A stretch of DNA of 14,184 bases. Origin: Planctomycetota bacterium. Its GTDB lineage: Bacteria > Planctomycetota > UBA11346. The position numbers were made by a program, and so were the translations under genes. The stretch lies in assembly GCA_038231435.1 (NCBI GenBank), contig JBBRLJ010000070.1, positions 1 through 14,184 of the forward strand, written 5' to 3'. The notes under the pieces were generated by a model that did no database searches, was not told the origin of the DNA, and was given only the letters and a program-made list of their open reading frames with translations. Of the stretch, positions 1 through 7,234 are shown in pieces (the stretch's first letter is position 1; each line of letters begins with the position of its first letter).

Positions 1-57
1 AGAGATGACGCCTACTTCTTCCTTCGCATAAGGGCAGCCTTTCCCGGAAAAGCGTGA
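1..57 (+). CDS. ISL3-family transposase, C-terminal 18 aa (partial)
   Basis: Frame 1 reads RDDAYFFLRIRAAFPGKA*, matching the (YGF)RDxxYFFLKIRAAFPG C-terminus typical of one ISL3 transposase group. The TGA at 55-57 lies inside the terminal repeat. Too short for the supplied ORF track. Confidence 0.85.
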   Translation, partial: RDDAYFFLRIRAAFPGKA

Positions 58-63
58 AGAACC
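1..63 (+). mobile_element. Right end of an ISL3-family insertion sequence (partial, cut by the window edge)
   Basis: Carries a transposase C-terminus and ends in ...CCCGGAAAAGCGTGAAGAACC (reverse complement GGTTCTTCACGCTTTTCCGGG), an ISL3-type terminal inverted repeat. It is followed by the AT-rich 8-mer AAAAGTTT (64-71), consistent with the AT-rich 8-bp targets of ISL3. The other copy of the target duplication is outside the window. Confidence 0.85.
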
Positions 64-305
64 AAAAGTTTGCGTGATGGCTGCGCCATTATTCACGCAA
101 ACCAGGACTCGGCGGCCGGAGGCTGCGCCTCGGTTTGGACGGGGGCCCCATCGCTCCGCGATGGGGCGGGCGCCGAGGGGCGGTGGGCGGATAGAATCGG
201 CGTAGCCGATCCGCCCACGTTTTCGCCGGCGTCCGGCGAAAACGAGCCCCGACAAAGCCCGTGGGGTAGGCACGTCAGGGCCGTAGGGGCGAAGCCCCTG
301 AATGT
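64..305. other. Dense multi-hairpin palindromic element of unknown type (REP/MITE-like DNA element or structured RNA)
   Basis: Inverted repeats at 68-102, 119-131, 145-167, 183-218, 218-244 and 285-299. A further pairing of 108-114 (CTCGGCG) with 171-177 (CGCCGAG) encloses two of them. The structure is directly visible; the function is unknown. Confidence 0.6.
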
Positions 306-1342
306 AAAAGCCCGCGGGGAACGACCGTCACGGCCACGCGGTCGTAGCCGCGCAGGACCTCGATGACCACCGGCACGCCGATGCGTTCCTCGCCCAGCAG
401 TCGATGGACGGCGTCGGGATGCTCGACGGCGTGGCCGTCGAGGGTGATGATCAGGTCGCCGCGCGCCAGGCCGGCTTCGGCGGCCGGGCTCTTGTCGGCG
501 ACCTCCGAGATGCGCACCGCGGTGCGGTTGGCCAAGCCGAAGTAACGGATCTGCAGGCGCGTCAGGGTGGCCCGGGCGCAGCTCATGCCGAGGTAGCCGC
601 GATGGATGCGTCCCTGGTGGATGAGCCGCCCGGCGATGTCCATGGCGAGATCGATGGGAATCGCGAAGCATAGGCCCTGGGCGCCGGCGATCATCGCGGT
701 GTTGACGCCGACGACGCGACCGCGCGCGTCCACCAGCGGACCGCCGGAGTTGCCGGGGTTCAGCGCGGCGTCGGTCTGGATGACCTGCTCGACCAGCCTG
801 CCACCGACCGAGCGCATGCCGCGGCCCAGCGCGCTGATCACGCCAGCGGTGACGGTGTGGTCGAACCCCAAGGGGTTGCCCACCGCGACCACCAGCTGCC
901 CGACCCTGAGCGTCGACGAGCGGCCGAGCACGGCGGCGGGCGGAGCCTCGGCGTGGATGCGCAGCACTGCGATATCGGTGTCGTGGTCGGCTCCGACCAG
1001 CGAGGCGCGATGGGTGTCGCCTTCCGGGAAGGTGGCGAGGAACGCGGCCCCGCCATGCACGACGTGGCTGTTGGTGAGGATGAAGCCGTCCGGAGTGAAG
1101 ACGAAGCCGGAGCCGCTGCCACCGCCACCGCTGATGCCGCGCTCAGGGCCGTGGTCGTGCGAGCGCCGGGTCTCGATCTTGACCACCGAGGGGGCGACGC
1201 GTTCGACCGCTGCCACCACCGTAGCCGAATAGGCGTCGAGCATCTCGTCGTCCTCGGCCGGGTCCTGTCCAGGCGAGCGGGCGACCAGCGAGATGTCTCG
1301 CGAGATGTCCGGTTCCGCCGCGTCGACGCGATCCGTATCCAT
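275..1342 (-). CDS. HtrA/DegP-like trypsin serine protease (S1C) with one C-terminal PDZ domain, 355 aa, no evident signal peptide
   Basis: Catalytic triad motifs LTNSHVV, DTDIAVL and GNSGGPL; also GSGSGF and IQTDAALNPG. PDZ segment RGYLG...SPAAEAGLARGDLI. GGGGAGG SD at 1349-1355 (- strand), 6 nt before the ATG. Confidence 0.95.
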   Translation of the reverse strand: MDTDRVDAAEPDISRDISLVARSPGQDPAEDDEMLDAYSATVVAAVERVAPSVVKIETRRSHDHGPERGISGGGGSGSGFVFTPDGFILTNSHVVHGGAAFLATFPEGDTHRASLVGADHDTDIAVLRIHAEAPPAAVLGRSSTLRVGQLVVAVGNPLGFDHTVTAGVISALGRGMRSVGGRLVEQVIQTDAALNPGNSGGPLVDARGRVVGVNTAMIAGAQGLCFAIPIDLAMDIAGRLIHQGRIHRGYLGMSCARATLTRLQIRYFGLANRTAVRISEVADKSPAAEAGLARGDLIITLDGHAVEHPDAVHRLLGEERIGVPVVIEVLRGYDRVAVTVVPRGLLHSGASPLRP

Positions 1343-1347
1343 GACCA

Positions 1348-1417
1348 GCCTCCCCTACGCCAGAACGGCCGGGTGCGGCCGTAACGCCCAGTGGGAAGCG
1401 AATGTCGGGCCAATATA
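1348..1417 (-). promoter_or_regulatory. Candidate -10 box plus an SD-sequestering 5' UTR hairpin for the protease gene
   Basis: TATATT at 1412-1417 (- strand). GCUUCCC (1393-1399) can pair with GGGAGGC (1348-1354, contains the SD). Inner stem ACGGCCG-CACC-CGGCCGU. No convincing -35 box seen. Confidence 0.35.
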
Positions 1418-1507
1418 GACGGGTATCGATATGATGGGATCTGTGCGGCTGGTTCTAACGGGTGCCCGAGCCGGGATGTCCGGGCGGAAGAGGACCGCTG
1501 CTTGCGC

Positions 1508-1837
1508 TCAGGCCGAGGCGGGTGGCTCGCGCTTCGCGCGTTCGGCGGCGGCGGCCTCTGCCTTGCGATCAGCCTCGTCCAGGGCCGTCAATCCGGCTTG
1601 GAGCGCGTGGCGCGCGGCCTTGCGCATGTGCGCGCGCACCTCGGGCGAGATCATCTGGTCGAACATCGCCTCGGCGACCTTGCCGATGTCCTCGGCCGCG
1701 CCCTTCATGTGGTCGCGGGTGCCCTTGAAGAAGTCATCCGCCCGCTCATTGCCGCCAGCGCCGCCCTGGCTTTCAGCCTTGCCGGCGGAGGACGAGGAAG
1801 ACGACGAGGACGAGGACGACGAGGACGATGCTGTCAT
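1508..1837 (-). CDS. Small hypothetical protein, 109 aa, with an N-terminal run of 14 Ser and an Ala-rich helical C-terminal half
   Basis: GGAG SD 7 nt before the ATG (1845-1848) and a TAGCAT -10-like hexamer at 1856-1861. GC-rich third codon positions; same strand as its neighbours. Amphipathic-looking segment PEVRAHMRKAARHALQAGLTALDEA. Confidence 0.75.
   Translation of the reverse strand: MTASSSSSSSSSSSSSSAGKAESQGGAGGNERADDFFKGTRDHMKGAAEDIGKVAEAMFDQMISPEVRAHMRKAARHALQAGLTALDEADRKAEAAAAERAKREPPASA
1787..1828 (-). repeat. Imperfect trinucleotide repeat (TCG/TCC/TCT) x14 encoding poly-Ser
   Basis: The + strand reads gga gga cga gga aga cga cga gga cga gga cga cga gga cga. Confidence 0.9.
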
Positions 1838-1967
1838 GGTGGTACTCCACGCACCATGCTAGCGACCTGGCCGCGGAGTTCGATGGAAATCACCCCAGGG
1901 TGTCAGCGGGCCTCTCGGGCCGGCAGAGAATGATGCGCCCGGCCGGCTGGAGGGCCTCTCGCCTAGA

Positions 1968-3377
1968 TCAAAGCGCCTTGAGCAGCTCCTCGGTGACCTT
2001 CTTGGCGTCGCCGAGCAGCATCATGGTGTTGTCGCGGTAGAAGAGGTCGTTGTCGATGCCCGCGTAGCCGGATGCGAGCGAGCGCTTGACGAACAGCACG
2101 GTCTTCGCCTTCTCGACGTCGAGCACCGGCATGCCGTAGATCGGGCTCTTGGAGTCCGAGCGCGCCGCGGGGTTGGTGATGTCGTTGGCGCCGATGACGT
2201 AGACCACGTCGGTCATGGCGAAGTCGCGGTTGATCTCCTCGAGCTCGACCACCTCGTCGTAGGGGACGTTCGCCTCGGCCAGCAGCACGTTCATGTGCCC
2301 CGGCATGCGCCCGGCGACCGGATGGATGGCGTAACGGACCTTGATGCCGTGGCCCTTGAGCGCGTCGGCCAGTTCGCGCAGCGCATGCTGCGCCTGGGCG
2401 ACCGCCATGCCGTAGCCGGGAACTATGATCACCGAGCTGGCGTTCTTCATGATGAAGGCGGCGTCCTCGGCGTTGCCGGTCTTCACCGGGCGCTGCTCCT
2501 TGGCCGCGCCGGCGCTGGCGGCGTCGGCGCCGAAGCCGCCGAAAATCACGTTGATTATAGAGCGGTTAATCGCCGTGCACAAGATGTAGCTCAGGATCGC
2601 GCCAGACGACCCGACCAGCGCACCGGTGATGATCAGCAGGTTGTTGTGCAGCGTGAAGCCGATGCCCGACGCGGCCCAGCCCGAATACGAATTCAGCATC
2701 GACACCACCACCGGCATGTCGGCGCCGCCGATCGGCACGATCAGCAGCAGCCCGATGGCGAGCGAGAGCGCGACCAGGGTCCAGAACGCGCCGGGGAGTC
2801 CGCTCATCGCCAGCCACACCGCGACGGCAATGATGCCGGCGCCGATCAGGGCATTGAGTACGTGCTGGCCCCGGAAGATCAGCGGCGCACCGGAGACCAG
2901 GCCCTGGAGCTTGGCGAACGCCACCACCGAGCCGGTGAAGGTGATGGCCCCGATGGCGGTGCCGATGGTCATCTCGATCAGGCTCGAGAGTCTGATGCCA
3001 TTCGGGCCGTCCGGCGTGGCGATGCCCATGGCCTGGGGATTGTAGTACGCGGCGGCGGCGACGAACACCGCCGCCGCGCCGACCAGAGAGTGGAAGGCTG
3101 CGACCAGCTGCGGCAGAGCGGTCATCTGGATCCTGATCGCGATGACCGTGCCGATCGCGCCGCCGAGCGCGAGCGCGGCGAGGATCATCGGCAGGGTGAC
3201 GGCCTGCAGGTTTGCCATCGTGGTGCCGATCGCGAGCACCATGCCGAAGATGCCGAGGATGTTGCCGCGACGGGCGGACTCGGGCGAGGACAGGCCGCGC
3301 AGCGCCAGGATGAAGCACACCGATGCCACCAGGTAGAGCATCGCCGCGAGGTTGGGGCTCATCGCCAGCGCGCTCAT
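1968..3377 (-). CDS. pntB: NAD(P) transhydrogenase subunit beta, 469 aa
   Basis: Motifs [68 protein letters not shown] and [12 protein letters not shown]. Start placed at ATG 3377, which overlaps the pntAB stop (ATGA) and has AGGA upstream. The longer ORF-track start at 3668 lies inside pntAB. An alternative start is at 3362. Confidence 0.96.
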   Translation of the reverse strand: MSALAMSPNLAAMLYLVASVCFILALRGLSSPESARRGNILGIFGMVLAIGTTMANLQAVTLPMILAALALGGAIGTVIAIRIQMTALPQLVAAFHSLVGAAAVFVAAAAYYNPQAMGIATPDGPNGIRLSSLIEMTIGTAIGAITFTGSVVAFAKLQGLVSGAPLIFRGQHVLNALIGAGIIAVAVWLAMSGLPGAFWTLVALSLAIGLLLIVPIGGADMPVVVSMLNSYSGWAASGIGFTLHNNLLIITGALVGSSGAILSYILCTAINRSIINVIFGGFGADAASAGAAKEQRPVKTGNAEDAAFIMKNASSVIIVPGYGMAVAQAQHALRELADALKGHGIKVRYAIHPVAGRMPGHMNVLLAEANVPYDEVVELEEINRDFAMTDVVYVIGANDITNPAARSDSKSPIYGMPVLDVEKAKTVLFVKRSLASGYAGIDNDLFYRDNTMMLLGDAKKVTEELLKAL

Positions 3378-3841
3378 GGCTTCCTGCCCGTGGAATTGCC
3401 CGTGGAATCGCCTGTCGGATTGCCCGTGGATCCGGCCAGGACCCGGGGCTTCTTGCGGAACTTGCCGAGCATGCGCTGGGCGATGACGAAGCCGCCGAAG
3501 ATGTTCACGGCGGCCAGGGTCACGGCGATGAAGCCCATCACCTGGCTGAGCGTGACGCCGCCGTCGATGGTCGAGCCGGCGGCGATGACGGCGCCGACGA
3601 TGATGACGCTCGAGATGGCGTTGGTCACCGCCATCAGCGGCGAATGCAGCGCCGGCGTGACGCGCCACACCACGTAGTAGCCGATGAAGCAGGCGAGCAC
3701 GAACACGGTCAGGCTGAGGACGACCGGATCGACGGCGTCGGCGTGCGCCGCTGGCGGCAGCGCGTCGGTGGCTCCGGCGGCTCCGGCGGATGCAACGAGA
3801 GTACCGCGCAACATGTCGAGGACCAATGCCGCGAGCCCCAT
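3374..3841 (-). CDS. pntAB: NAD(P) transhydrogenase subunit alpha part 2 (membrane part), 155 aa
   Basis: Motifs [32 protein letters not shown] and [26 protein letters not shown] overlaps the end of pntAA. Confidence 0.95.
   Translation of the reverse strand: MGLAALVLDMLRGTLVASAGAAGATDALPPAAHADAVDPVVLSLTVFVLACFIGYYVVWRVTPALHSPLMAVTNAISSVIIVGAVIAAGSTIDGGVTLSQVMGFIAVTLAAVNIFGGFVIAQRMLGKFRKKPRVLAGSTGNPTGDSTGNSTGRKP
3385..3432. repeat. 12-bp tandem repeat x4 in the 3' end of pntAB
   Basis: Units TGCCCGTGGAAT, TGCCCGTGGAAT, CGCCTGTCGGAT, TGCCCGTGGATC; they encode [16 protein letters not shown] on the - strand. Confidence 0.85.
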
Positions 3842-3842
3842 C

Positions 3843-5021
3843 TCAGCCTCCAGCCTGCGCGGGGGCCGCGGCGGCGAACGTCGGGTGCACGACCTTGCCC
3901 TCGTGGGTCAGCAGCGTGCCCTTGATCACCTCGTCGTTGGTGTCGAGCTTGAGCGTCTTGGTCTTCGGGTCGACGATCAGGCCCAGGAAGGCGAAGAGGT
4001 TGCGCGCGTACAACGCACTGGCGTCCACCGGCAGGCGGCCGGGCACGTTGCGGTGCCCGACGATCTTCACGCCGCCGACGTCGACCACGCGGCCGGCCAC
4101 CGATAGTTCGCAGTTGCCACCGCTCTCGACCGCGAGATCGACGATCACCGACCCGGGGCGCATCGAGCGCACCATCTCGGCAGAGACCAGCCGCGGCGCG
4201 GGCCGGCCGGGGATGGCGGCGGTGGTGATGACGATGTCCAGCTTCTTCATGGTCTCGGCGACCAGCGCTGCCTGGCGGCGCTTGTAGTCGTCCGACATCT
4301 CCTTGGCATAGCCACCCTTGGTCTCGGCCTGCGAAGCTTCGGCGTCGTCGAGCCAGATGAAGGTCGCGCCCAGGCTCTGCACCTGCTCTTTGGCGGCTGG
4401 CCGCACATCGGTGGCGGACACCACCGCGCCGAGCCGGCGGGCGGTGGCGATCGCCTGCAGGCCAGCGACGCCGGCGCCGAGCACGAACACCTTGGCCGGA
4501 GCGATGGTGCCGGCGGCAGTCATCATCATCGGAAAGGCGCGGCCGAATTCAGACGCGGCGTCGAGCACCGACTTGTATCCCGCGAGATTCGCCTGCGACG
4601 ACAGCACGTCCATCGACTGCGCGCGGCTGATGCGCGGCACCAGCTCCATCGCGCAGGCGCTGATGCCCGCGCGCGCATAGGCGTCGATGCCAGCGCGATC
4701 GCCGTATGGCGAGAGCATGCCGATCAGCACGCAGCCGCGTTCGAGCCCCGCCAATTCATCGAGTCCGCCTGGGGTTTCCGCGGCGAGTTGCGGGCGCTGG
4801 ACCTTCAGCACCACCTGGGCGCCGCGCACGGCGCTCGCGGCGTCAGCGGCGATGGTGGCTCCGGCCTCGGCATACGCGGCGTCCGCGATCGATGCGCCCG
4901 CGCCCGCGCCGGTCTCGATGGCGACTTCGAAGCCCAGCGCCCTGATCCGCTTCACCGTGTCAGGGGTGGCGGCGACGCGGGTCTCGTGCGGCCTGCGTTC
5001 GGTGAGGACAGCGAGCTTCAT
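3843..5021 (-). CDS. pntAA: NAD(P) transhydrogenase subunit alpha part 1 (soluble NAD(H)-binding domain I), 392 aa
   Basis: Motifs [40 protein letters not shown], Rossmann [17 protein letters not shown] and [12 protein letters not shown]. Confidence 0.97.
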   Translation of the reverse strand: MKLAVLTERRPHETRVAATPDTVKRIRALGFEVAIETGAGAGASIADAAYAEAGATIAADAASAVRGAQVVLKVQRPQLAAETPGGLDELAGLERGCVLIGMLSPYGDRAGIDAYARAGISACAMELVPRISRAQSMDVLSSQANLAGYKSVLDAASEFGRAFPMMMTAAGTIAPAKVFVLGAGVAGLQAIATARRLGAVVSATDVRPAAKEQVQSLGATFIWLDDAEASQAETKGGYAKEMSDDYKRRQAALVAETMKKLDIVITTAAIPGRPAPRLVSAEMVRSMRPGSVIVDLAVESGGNCELSVAGRVVDVGGVKIVGHRNVPGRLPVDASALYARNLFAFLGLIVDPKTKTLKLDTNDEVIKGTLLTHEGKVVHPTFAAAAPAQAGG

Positions 5022-5029
5022 CGGGCTCG

Positions 5030-5058
5030 ACTATGGCCCACGGTGAGGCGGCTTACAA
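5030..5058 (-). promoter_or_regulatory. Candidate sigma70-type promoter of the pnt operon, probably giving a near-leaderless mRNA
   Basis: On the - strand, TTGTAA (5053-5058), a 17-nt spacer, then CATAGT (5030-5035), ending 8 nt before the pntAA ATG. No SD upstream of that ATG. Confidence 0.5.
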
Positions 5059-5182
5059 GGGCGAGGGGTTCCGATGGGGGGCGTGCGACGGCTGAAACGA
5101 TCATCGCGCGCCCGCTTGTCCACGTTTCGGCGAGCGACCACGAGGGTATTCACGCGAGCGGGAAACCTGCCATGCTCACGCC

Positions 5183-6103
5183 ATGCCCGCAACCGCGAAC
5201 GTGCTCTCTTCGACGCAGATCGAGGAATTCATCCGTCACGGCATCGTCAAGGTGGAGGGGGCGCTCGACACCGCGATCGCCAAGAAGTGGGTCGACGCGA
5301 GTTGGGCGCGCAACGGCTACGATCCCGCCGACCGTTCGACCTGGAAGGAGGGAAAGATCCACATGCCGACTGTCGAGTGCGTCGACGCCTCGCTGGTGGC
5401 GCCGCGCGCCTACGCCGCGATCTGCCAGCTGTGCGGCGGCGAGGAACGCATCCGCACGCCGATCCCGTGGGGCGACGCCTTCATCGTCAACTACGGCCTC
5501 GGCGCCGATCAGGAGTGGATCCCGCCAGGACCACTCGCTGACGGCTGGCACAAGGACGGCGACTTCTTCGTGCACTTCCTCGACAGCCCCGAGCAGGCGC
5601 TGCTCACCATCGTCCTGTGGGACGACGTGGTGCCGCGCGGCGGCGCGACCTTCGTCGCCTGCGACTCCGTCGCTCCGGTGGCGCGCTTCCTGCTCGATCA
5701 TCCGGAAGGGGTGAACCCGATGGGCAGAGGCGGCGAGTACGGCGTCGGATTCCCGCATCGCCAGTTCATCTCCCAGTGCAGCGACTTCCGCGAGGCCACC
5801 GGCAAGGCGGGCGACGTCTACCTGATGCATCCGTTCATGCTCCACACGTCGTCGCGCAACCACGCCGGGCGCGCGCGCTTCATCACCAACCCTCCGGTCC
5901 ACTTCAAGGAGCCGATGCGCTTCGATCGCGAACGCGCCGAGGACCATTGCCCGGTAGAGCGCGCGGTGCTGCAGGCGCTTGGCGCCGAGCGTCAGTCTTT
6001 CGCGCCGACGGCTCCACGGCGCGCCCTCGTTCCGCCGCGGGTCGCCTACCAGCAGAAGCTGCGTCAAGAGGAGGAGGCCAGGAAGAAGGCTGGGATACCC
6101 TGA
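5183..6103 (+). CDS. Phytanoyl-CoA dioxygenase (PhyH)-like Fe(II)/2-oxoglutarate dioxygenase, 306 aa, substrate unknown
   Basis: N-terminal LSSTQIEEFIRHGIVKVEG, HxD motif WHKDGD, GGAT strand, GKAGDVYLMHPFMLHTSSRN with the distal His, and a following Arg (RARF). Confidence 0.85.
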   Translation: MPATANVLSSTQIEEFIRHGIVKVEGALDTAIAKKWVDASWARNGYDPADRSTWKEGKIHMPTVECVDASLVAPRAYAAICQLCGGEERIRTPIPWGDAFIVNYGLGADQEWIPPGPLADGWHKDGDFFVHFLDSPEQALLTIVLWDDVVPRGGATFVACDSVAPVARFLLDHPEGVNPMGRGGEYGVGFPHRQFISQCSDFREATGKAGDVYLMHPFMLHTSSRNHAGRARFITNPPVHFKEPMRFDRERAEDHCPVERAVLQALGAERQSFAPTAPRRALVPPRVAYQQKLRQEEEARKKAGIP

Positions 6104-6256
6104 GCTGCCAGATCCCCGCCTGATCCAGCACCATGGCGATGGGCCAGGGGCGAGAAGCGCTGGGCGATGCATGGCTGGCACACCCTCGCAGGGCCCACCG
6201 ACCTGCCGTTGCACCGCATCCGCGCGGTCTACCCTCGCCGGCCCAGCGGAGGGATC

Positions 6257-7234
6257 ATGGACCACATCCAACTCGGACGCACCGGACTCAAGGTCAGCAG
6301 GCTCTGCCTGGGCACCATGAATTTCGGTCCGGAGACGCCGGTGGCTGAGAGCCACGCCATCCTCGACAAGGCGCTTGAGCTCGGCATCAACTTCCTCGAC
6401 ACCGCCGACGTCTATGGCTGGAAGAAGGGAGAGGGCATCACCGAGAAGATCATCGGTGATTGGTTCGCGCTCGGCGGCGGCCGCCGCGAGCGTTCGGTGA
6501 TCGCCACCAAGCTCTTCGGCCAGATGGGCGACGGGCCCAATGATCGCGGCTGCTCGGCCTACCACATCCGCGCCGCCTGCGAGGCGAGCCTGAAGCGCCT
6601 ACGCACCGACCACATCGATCTCTACCAGATGCACCACATCGATCGCGCCACGCCCTGGGACGAGGTCTGGCAGGCGATGGAGCAGCTGGTGCGCGAGGGC
6701 AAGGTGATTTACGTCGGCTCGAGCAACTTCGCCGGCTGGCACATCGCCACGGCGAACCAGACGGCGGCGAAGCGCAATTTCCTCGGTCTGGTCAGCGAGC
6801 AGAGCAAGTACTCGCTCGCGTGCCGCACCGTGGAGCTCGAAGTCCTGCCGGCGTGCCGTTCATACGGCGTGGGCGTCATCCCCTGGAGCCCGCTCGACGG
6901 CGGGCTGCTCGGCGGCGTGCTGTCGAACGTCGGCGGAACGGGCAAGCGCCGCGCCAGCGAGGGCATGGTCAAGCGCATCGCCGAGATGCGACCCAAGCTC
7001 GAGCAATGGGAAGGCCTGTGCGCGAAGCTCGGCGAGAAGCCCGCAGACGTGGCGCTCGCCTGGCTGCTGCGCAATCCTGCCGTGACCGCGCCGATCATCG
7101 GGCCGCGCACCATCGACCAGCTGACCGGCTCGCTGAAGGCGCTGACCATCCAGCTCGATGCCGCCACGCTCACCGCGATCGACGCGATCTGGCCGGGACC
7201 AGGCAAGGAAGCGCCTGAGGCCTACGCATGGTGA
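6257..7234 (+). CDS. Aldo/keto reductase (NADPH-dependent oxidoreductase), 325 aa
   Basis: LGRTGLKVSRLCLGTMNFG; tetrad motifs DTADVY, IATK and DLYQMHH; PWSPLDGGLL; PIIGPRT. GGAGGG SD just before ATG 6257, so this start is preferred to the ORF-track start at 6167. Confidence 0.95.
   Translation: MDHIQLGRTGLKVSRLCLGTMNFGPETPVAESHAILDKALELGINFLDTADVYGWKKGEGITEKIIGDWFALGGGRRERSVIATKLFGQMGDGPNDRGCSAYHIRAACEASLKRLRTDHIDLYQMHHIDRATPWDEVWQAMEQLVREGKVIYVGSSNFAGWHIATANQTAAKRNFLGLVSEQSKYSLACRTVELEVLPACRSYGVGVIPWSPLDGGLLGGVLSNVGGTGKRRASEGMVKRIAEMRPKLEQWEGLCAKLGEKPADVALAWLLRNPAVTAPIIGPRTIDQLTGSLKALTIQLDAATLTAIDAIWPGPGKEAPEAYAW

Noticed and set aside
68..299. Hairpin series as a CRISPR array, tRNA or Rho-independent terminator
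   Set aside because: The stems differ in sequence and lack regular spacers, there is no cloverleaf or T-loop signature, and the extent is far larger than one terminator needs. The 68-102 stem is followed by only four T on the - strand (64-67), so it might terminate weakly.
70..366. 98-aa + strand ORF across the hairpin element
   Set aside because: It has a TTG start inside the IS target site, no SD and no recognisable motifs, and it overlaps the protease gene antisense.
2541..2590. Diversity-generating retroelement variable region in pntB
   Set aside because: The changes are not restricted to adenines, and there is no template repeat or reverse transcriptase in the window.
3378..3668. 97-aa N-terminal extension of PntB in the ORF track
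   Set aside because: It is an Arg/His-rich off-frame reading of pntAB. The PntB-like sequence begins at the ATGA overlap at 3377.
6209..6235. TTGCAC...TACCCT promoter for the AKR
   Set aside because: The spacer is only 15 nt; the -10 box is plausible, but the pair is too weak to call.
6167..6256. 30-aa N-terminal extension of the AKR
   Set aside because: The AKR motif starts at MDHIQLGRTG, and a strong SD precedes ATG 6257.
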